Shown piece by piece: positions 58,006-64,000 of a stretch of DNA of 64,000 nucleotides. Position numbers and translations under genes: made by a program. Every line of letters starts with the position of its first letter. The first letter of the stretch is position 1. A model generated the notes under the pieces. It was not told the DNA's origin, did not search any database, and saw only the letters and a list, made by a program, of their open reading frames with translations. This DNA is from Vampirovibrionaceae bacterium NZW_1234 (GTDB lineage Bacteria > Cyanobacteriota > Vampirovibrionia > Vampirovibrionales > JAGQHJ01), in NCBI GenBank assembly GCA_041697335.1, contig JBGUGD010000002.1, positions 128,001-192,000 of the forward strand. The letters are read 5' to 3'.

Positions 58006-59700
58006 TTAGTCAAACAGGCGGTCAATGTAACTTTGAATTTCACCATCCTCCAATTCAGGGTTGTTTTGATTGATTTCGAGGGCTTGGGTGTAATACTCGG
58101 CAGCGTCCAAATTGCGGCCCATACTTTGAAGGGCACGGCCAATGTTGAAGCAGGCCAAGGTATAGTCAGACTTTAGGTTGTAGGCCTTTTGAAAGAGGGG
58201 CAAAGCCTTGGCCGGATCCGACTGTTCGTCCAGGTAAATGACACCTAAGTTATTGTGGGCGATGTGATTGGTCTGATCGAAGTGAATAGCCGTGAGATAA
58301 GCATCGATGGCTTCATCATTGCGATCCAGTTGCCAAAGAATGTAGCCGATGTTGCTGTAGCAATCGGTATTGTCGGGCATCATCTGGAGCAAGGTTTGGT
58401 AAGCTGTCAGTGCTGAATCCAGGTGCCCGCTTTCGAAGTACAGATCGGCTAGCATCGCCATGGTCTCGGCATTTTCGGGATTGTAATGAAGGGATTGCTG
58501 AAAATAGTCCAGTGCCTGGCCCGGATCATTGAAAATCTGGTAACTCATTGTACCTAGGGTTTGGGAGACAGTGGAAAGCCACTCCGGATCTGTTCCATAT
58601 TCCATAGCAATTTTGTATTCTTCGAAGGCTCCTTCCATGTCCTCCAGTTTGAAAAGCAGGAAGGCAATATTGCTGTGAAGGTATGGGTATAGGGGTTGGA
58701 GACGTTCGGCCTCTTTATAGTAGTAGAGGGCTTTGAAATAGGCTTGCTCTTCGGTATGAATCTGTCCTAATTGGTACAGCGTGTCAAAATCGTCGGCATC
58801 GACTTCGATGACCTGGTTGAGGGTTTCTACGGCGTTCGGGATGTCTTTGTTTTGAGCGTAGGCTTTGCCCAATTTTTTCATCAGGTTCAGGTTTTTGGGA
58901 TCGAGTAACAGAGCCTGACGGTAGTGCTCAATGGCTTGGGAGCGGTTTTGGGTATCGTAGAAATGCTCGTCGCCCAATAAATGAAAGAATAGGGGTTCTC
59001 TGGGCATCAAGTGTGCGCCCAGGCTGTAGGCGGCTTGGGCCAGACCTTGGAGACGAAGCTTTTTGCTGACTTTTGCCAGTCCTGTGAGGGCATATACTTG
59101 GGCATCCATAATTAGAGCTTCGGTTAGCAGCCCACAAGTTTGTTTGTCGAACGGCAGTACAGTGCAACCGCCCAGGAACTGCATGATACCCTGTGTGGCC
59201 AATGCGAACTGATTCCAGGGAGTATGAATATTGAGAGATTGCTTTAGAAGAGCGTTTCCTAGAGCGATGCGGGCTCTAGCGGATCGCAACGGTTTTTTAC
59301 GGATGGCGGTTTTGTATTCCTGAATAGCATCATCCAAAAATCCGGCGCGCTGGAGGAAGTAGCCAAGAAACAGATTCGCGTCAGCTTGTTTGGGATCCAG
59401 CTTTAGAGCGGTCTGGCAATAAAATTGAGCCAGTTCCAGGTTAATCGTGCCTTGATCCCAGAGGGCACTGGCCAATTGAATGTAGGCTTCAGCCATATTC
59501 GGCTCGATTTCTACAGCTTTTTGAAAATGCTGAATGGCGGCATCCAAATCTTGTTGGCGAGACCGGGCCAGATAGCTGTGGTATAAATTCTTCCCCATCT
59601 TCAGATGATATTCCGCTGTAACGTCCTGATGGACCGGGACCAGCGAAGAACCAGGTTGCATCGGTCCTTCTGGCTGTGGCGATGGATTTGACTGAAGCAT
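58006..59700 (-). CDS. tetratricopeptide repeat protein
   Basis: Many canonical TPRs (AIQHFQKAVEIEPN, AHNNLGVIY). GAGG RBS before MLQSNP. Confidence 0.92.
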   Translation of the reverse strand: MLQSNPSPQPEGPMQPGSSLVPVHQDVTAEYHLKMGKNLYHSYLARSRQQDLDAAIQHFQKAVEIEPNMAEAYIQLASALWDQGTINLELAQFYCQTALKLDPKQADANLFLGYFLQRAGFLDDAIQEYKTAIRKKPLRSARARIALGNALLKQSLNIHTPWNQFALATQGIMQFLGGCTVLPFDKQTCGLLTEALIMDAQVYALTGLAKVSKKLRLQGLAQAAYSLGAHLMPREPLFFHLLGDEHFYDTQNRSQAIEHYRQALLLDPKNLNLMKKLGKAYAQNKDIPNAVETLNQVIEVDADDFDTLYQLGQIHTEEQAYFKALYYYKEAERLQPLYPYLHSNIAFLLFKLEDMEGAFEEYKIAMEYGTDPEWLSTVSQTLGTMSYQIFNDPGQALDYFQQSLHYNPENAETMAMLADLYFESGHLDSALTAYQTLLQMMPDNTDCYSNIGYILWQLDRNDEAIDAYLTAIHFDQTNHIAHNNLGVIYLDEQSDPAKALPLFQKAYNLKSDYTLACFNIGRALQSMGRNLDAAEYYTQALEINQNNPELEDGEIQSYIDRLFD

Positions 59701-60256
59701 TACGACCTCTTCAAATAAACGTTTCAAATGCTGGTTCGGGAAGGCACAGCCCCTGCCTCTAGTTCTCTGTCCATAGAGACCCGTATGAGGGGTATCGACC
59801 ATGACGGGTTTAACTTTATAGTTTGGGCGAGGAGGAATTTCCTTTCTCCTCTATCGTAAGGAGTTTTTAAATTTCGTCAGGGATGGCACTACTGATTTAC
59901 AGACATTGCCATTGAAAACCTCCTAACCATCAGTGTTATACGAATTCATGTTTCAAAATGTGAAGCAAATCCGTAGAAATTGTTAGAAGATTCGATCAGT
60001 TTGGGCTTTGTTGTTTTTATATATATGTGTGTGTGAAATAACTTCTGCGACCGTGTCGGATGCACAGGTGTCGGCGGATATCTTGCTCTCCCTCTGTCTT
60101 GGGGTGGGAAAAGTCATCCGATGATATTGTGCTGAAGGTCTTCAGGGCAACTTGAGGGAAAAGGCCGCATGAGCTTGAATACAGACCTTTTTTGACCCCA
60201 TTATTTCTCATAATACCTATCGTGTTCTGTGTGTGTGCTTTAAAAGGAGTATGGTT

Positions 60257-60451
60257 ATGTTGCAAGCAAAATCTACGGATCTGACTTCCTCTTGGCTCGG
60301 AACAGAAAACAACTTTGGTGCGATTGCTCCAATGGCAAATGCTGGTCCCAAGGGGCCCCTAGGGACTGCAAATAATGCCTATGCCCAAAAACTTCTGGGG
60401 CAAACCTGGCCGATTAATATGAATGGCTACGGCCGATCATTTGGCATTTAG
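60257..60451 (+). CDS. small hypothetical protein (64 aa)
   Basis: AAAAGGAG RBS 7 nt upstream; hairpin downstream at about 60487-60506. Confidence 0.65.
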   Translation: MLQAKSTDLTSSWLGTENNFGAIAPMANAGPKGPLGTANNAYAQKLLGQTWPINMNGYGRSFGI

Positions 60452-60527
60452 ATCCGCTTACTGTGCCAATCTTTGATGTGATGACCGTCTTAGGAAGACC
60501 TAAGGCCACTGTCTCATCGAGCGTCAT

Positions 60528-61616
60528 TTATGTGGGCAAAGACTCACTGGTTGCTGGCTTCAGCGTTGTGACGTTGTTCTTTGGGAACGGATTGGCATGG
60601 TGAGGGATAATAAACGACACGGCTTTTGGCACTACGGTAAATTCCACTGGCGTTTTTCCGATGACGTCCCCATCAACTTCAGTACGGACCGCTTGGTCTG
60701 ATGTGATGGTTACTTTTTTTGCTTTGAAGTGGGTTACGCCGTCCAGAACTTTCTTCATCAGTTTCTGAGGGGAACTGGTGAGGAGCTGATATCCGATTTT
60801 GAGGTAGTCCATGCGGTTTTGCATTCCGAGGATGGCCACATCCAAAAGGCCATCATTGGGCTTTGCGTCCGGTGTGAAGGAAAAGGGGCCCAGGAGCTTT
60901 CCGGCGTTAGCCACAAGGACGGCAATGCCTTTCTTGCGAATGAGTTTGCCATCGTCGGTTTCAATGTTAAAGGTGACAATCGGACTTGAGAACAATTGGG
61001 TGAGTACGGATTTGACATAGGCCAGCTTGCCGAACCAGCGTTTTTCTGTGCGTGTGGTAGCCTCCATGATGTCGGCATCCAGACCGGCACCGCCCATCAT
61101 AATACAAGGTTCCTTGCCGTTGGCCATTAAAATGTCGGACTCGAAACGCTTACCGGTAAGTAGAGTTTGAAGTCCTTCTTTTAAAGAGGTTGGGATTCCC
61201 AATTCCGTAGCAAAAAGGTTGCCGGTACCTCTCGGCAGGACGCCAACCGCAATGCTGGGATCTTTAAGGGGTAAAAGAGCTTTAATAACCTGACGGATAC
61301 TGCCGTCACCACCAATGGCTACCACTGTATTCAATTTATCCTTGTGCTGGGCAATCAAGGTCTGCAAGTCTGCAGGGTTCGAAGTCGCTTTAACCACCAT
61401 AAAGCGGTCTTTATCTTTAGGGCGAAAGGTGTTAAGTTCGTCTTGGATTTGCTGATCGAGGGGGCTGTCGCCCACACCCCCGGCTTGGGGGTTTACCACC
61501 AACATGATCTTGTTTTTGCTGTGGACCTGTGGCGCTGGGCTCTGGCTTGCAAAACGGATGAGAGATGGGTTGGGTCTGATCTTTGTAAGGGCTGTTGTTA
61601 TTGGGGAAGTCGCCAT
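60528..61616 (-). CDS. diacylglycerol/lipid kinase (YegS/DagK family) with N-terminal extension
   Basis: VVNPQAG, IGGDGS, LPRGTGNLFA, GAGLDA, DGLLDV, VDGD. Confidence 0.93.
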   Translation of the reverse strand: MATSPITTALTKIRPNPSLIRFASQSPAPQVHSKNKIMLVVNPQAGGVGDSPLDQQIQDELNTFRPKDKDRFMVVKATSNPADLQTLIAQHKDKLNTVVAIGGDGSIRQVIKALLPLKDPSIAVGVLPRGTGNLFATELGIPTSLKEGLQTLLTGKRFESDILMANGKEPCIMMGGAGLDADIMEATTRTEKRWFGKLAYVKSVLTQLFSSPIVTFNIETDDGKLIRKKGIAVLVANAGKLLGPFSFTPDAKPNDGLLDVAILGMQNRMDYLKIGYQLLTSSPQKLMKKVLDGVTHFKAKKVTITSDQAVRTEVDGDVIGKTPVEFTVVPKAVSFIIPHHANPFPKNNVTTLKPATSESLPT

Positions 61617-61870
61617 GACGCAATTTATTCCTATATAGTTTCCTGTTCTATCAAAGTCCAATGTCCTGATCCATCAATGCGGCTCAAGGGAACTTTTTGA
61701 TAGCCAAGGGCGAGGATGTTACGACATGTGAAAACTTTTGTTCGTGTTTTGCCACGTTATCAAAATCTAATGAACGACATAGCCCGCTGGTTGTAGGATT
61801 AAGCCAGCGATTGGGGATCTTTTTGGGGATAAGGTCAGCGCTTGAAATCGTAAAAATGCAAACAGAACGT

Positions 61871-62275
61871 CTAATAGGAGGTTTGCCCCGGCTCTGCCAT
61901 CTGCTGGTTCCATGCCATTGGATTTTTGGAAATCCCGACGGGGGGGAGTAAAGGGATAACTTGTTCTTTTTGAAGCCCACGGCGCTTCAACTCTTCCTGA
62001 TGTCGAATATCCCGAACGGGCAGGTATGCTCGATTAACAACGTCTTCTCGCCAATTATAGGCCCATGTTTTCTGATGAATCGGGTTGAGCTTTAAGGGAG
62101 GTTGAACCGAACGCTGTGTAAACAAGTTCCTTTCCTTCATCGTGGGGTAGCCCGAGGGGATGTGTCGCGGATCGTCGTTCCAAGACCAAGCCCCTGCCGT
62201 TGGCAAAAGTGCGCCAATGACAAGTAACATCATTACGAAAAGAATCTGAACATGCCGCATGACCATCATCCCCAT
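61871..62275 (-). CDS. hypothetical exported protein
   Basis: Signal peptide ending AGA; 134 aa. Confidence 0.6.
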   Translation of the reverse strand: MGMMVMRHVQILFVMMLLVIGALLPTAGAWSWNDDPRHIPSGYPTMKERNLFTQRSVQPPLKLNPIHQKTWAYNWREDVVNRAYLPVRDIRHQEELKRRGLQKEQVIPLLPPVGISKNPMAWNQQMAEPGQTSY

Positions 62276-62458
62276 CGTGCGAACGGAGTACTAATCTCTT
62301 GCTCATTTAATCAAAGACCTGACTCAGCCGCTATTCCCCAGATGGTTAGCGGTAAAACTGCATGAGGCAATTTTGCCGGTTGAGGATTTTTATACAGGGA
62401 ATACACCTCCCCACTCGCTTTTTTGCTGTACTGTTCTTGAAATCTAGGAGAGAGTTTT

Positions 62459-62986
62459 GTGACGCGTTGTTCATTGTCTGTGGCCAGTGCTGTGCGTTTT
62501 GCAGCCAATCGCCAAGTGTTAATTGTTGACTCCTATGCCTCGAAACTGCAGAGCTTTAAGCAGTGTCTTGAGTACTGGGAGGCGAAAACCCCTCTTCCAA
62601 ATGGTGATAAGGTGGACGTCCAAGGGGCGACCACTCAGGAAGAGGCATGGCAGGTCCTTGAAACGAAACCAGTGGAGGTCGTGGTAACTTCCAGTAAATT
62701 GCCGGAGCTAGGTGACGGGTTAAGGTTTATTCGGGATATTCGGGCGCGGTTGGGGAAACAACCCTTGGTGGTAATGTGGACCTCGGATCCCTATATGACG
62801 GATGCTCAGGTGAAAAATGCCGGAGGTGACGCATTCTTTACCAGTATGAGTTCTTTTCGTGCTATTTGGACAGCATTATCATCGCATTTGCATAGGGGGT
62901 CCAATCAAACTTCAGATCGGGGCATCGCTGGATCTCAGGTTAAGAGAGAAGAGTCAGGAGATATTACAGGAGGCGATCTGGTTTAG
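62459..62986 (+). CDS. receiver (REC)-fold protein, probable pseudo-receiver
   Basis: VLIVD, EVVVTSSKLP..DGLRFIRDIR, VVMWTS, AGGDAFF. AGGAG RBS and GTG start. Confidence 0.7.
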   Translation: MTRCSLSVASAVRFAANRQVLIVDSYASKLQSFKQCLEYWEAKTPLPNGDKVDVQGATTQEEAWQVLETKPVEVVVTSSKLPELGDGLRFIRDIRARLGKQPLVVMWTSDPYMTDAQVKNAGGDAFFTSMSSFRAIWTALSSHLHRGSNQTSDRGIAGSQVKREESGDITGGDLV

Positions 62987-64000
62987 TGCGTCTTCGACGC
63001 GGTGTTTGACAAGCTCTGGGCCTAGAAGATGGAGGGTCTTACCGAGGTCAGCACCGTGGACCCGCCCGGTGACGGCGGCTCGGATGGCCCACATAATGGT
63101 TTTCATTTTAATGGGCTTAAGATCATTCGCAAAGGCTTTCACTTGGGCAGAAATCTGCTCGATGTCGTTGAAGTTCAGGTTGGGTAGCAGGGTCTCCTGG
63201 ACTTTCTTGAGGACCTCGATAGTTTCCGGCAAGCAAAGGACTTCTTGGGACAGTTCGGGGCTGTATGTTAAGGTGTCACCGAAAAAATAGCAGACGGCAT
63301 TGGGTAGGTCGGCCAAAGTAGTGATGGGTTCCCGGACTGCTCCCAGCATCAGTTCCAATTGGGCCTCGGAATAGCGGGAGAGATCAAAGTCCTTGAGAAA
63401 GGGCTTGCTTTCAGCAAGCAAGGTACTAAGATTCCTATTGCGAATGTAATAGCCGTTAAGGAAGTTAAGTTTTTCCTGATCATAGACCGCGGGGCTATGG
63501 GAAATGCGCTCCAGCGTAAAGTCCGGGGCAAATTTCTCTAATGTTCCAATGTCTTCGCCATCGGTGGGCGACCAGCCTAGGAGAGAAAGGAAGTTGCAGA
63601 AAGCATCAGGGAGATAGCCGCTTTGAATATACTCGGCCACAGCGGTTGCCCCGTGGCGTTTGGACAGCTTGCTACGGTCCGGGGCCAGAATCATGCTGAC
63701 GTGTGCAAAGGTGGGGCAAGGAGCTCCCAAGGCTTCGTACAAGAGCATTTGCTTGGGAGTGTTTGAGACGTGATCCTCACCTCGGATGACATGGCTGATT
63801 TTCATGGTCAAATCATCGACGACAACGGCAAAGTTATAGCTGGCAATGCCATTAGACTTGACGATAACAAAGTCGCCTATGAGGGCCGATTCAAAGGTGA
63901 CGGTTCCTCGGATCACATCGTTTAAGACAATGGTGTCTGGGTGACCCGGAATGCGAAACCGAATGGCCGGTTTGCGGCTGGGGTCTTGTTTTAGTTGTTC
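62954..64000 (-). CDS. gltX: glutamate--tRNA ligase, 3' part (5' end beyond window)
   Basis: YNFAVVVDD, SHVIRGEDH, KLSKR, LLGWS, IRAAVTG. Confidence 0.96.
   Translation of the reverse strand, partial: EQLKQDPSRKPAIRFRIPGHPDTIVLNDVIRGTVTFESALIGDFVIVKSNGIASYNFAVVVDDLTMKISHVIRGEDHVSNTPKQMLLYEALGAPCPTFAHVSMILAPDRSKLSKRHGATAVAEYIQSGYLPDAFCNFLSLLGWSPTDGEDIGTLEKFAPDFTLERISHSPAVYDQEKLNFLNGYYIRNRNLSTLLAESKPFLKDFDLSRYSEAQLELMLGAVREPITTLADLPNAVCYFFGDTLTYSPELSQEVLCLPETIEVLKKVQETLLPNLNFNDIEQISAQVKAFANDLKPIKMKTIMWAIRAAVTGRVHGADLGKTLHLLGPELVKHRVEDALNQIASCNIS

Overview
Gene-dense bacterial chromosome segment. Cyanobacteria-like ribosomal proteins, SecY and IF-1, the presence of L30 and the absence of photosynthesis genes suggest a non-photosynthetic Vampirovibrionia/Melainabacteria genome (inference). 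Housekeeping genes include ruvB, an iscS-like desulfurase, arcC, secDF, acpS, lemA, nadA, folP, a split rpsE-rpmD-rplO-secY-adk-map-infA-rpmJ block, alr, purA, sucCD, guaB and gltX. They are interspersed with many lineage-specific ORFs. Main observations: (1) three caspase-like (clan CD) peptidases appear circularly permuted, with the p10-like half before the catalytic p20-like half; (2) a lysine-free Gly/aromatic-rich protein ends in an FrpC-type Asp-Pro self-processing module; (3) a ~33-bp upstream motif is shared by these genes and an FG-repeat protein gene, suggesting one regulon; (4) an N-terminal leader ending in [R/Q/S]-F-[G/A/K] recurs on about ten accessory proteins; (5) a structured RNA resembling the NAD+-I riboswitch lies upstream of nadA; (6) the IMPDH is of the eukaryotic type. 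All calls are from reading the sequence by eye; no searches were run. No rRNA, tRNA, CRISPR array or transposase was recognised.
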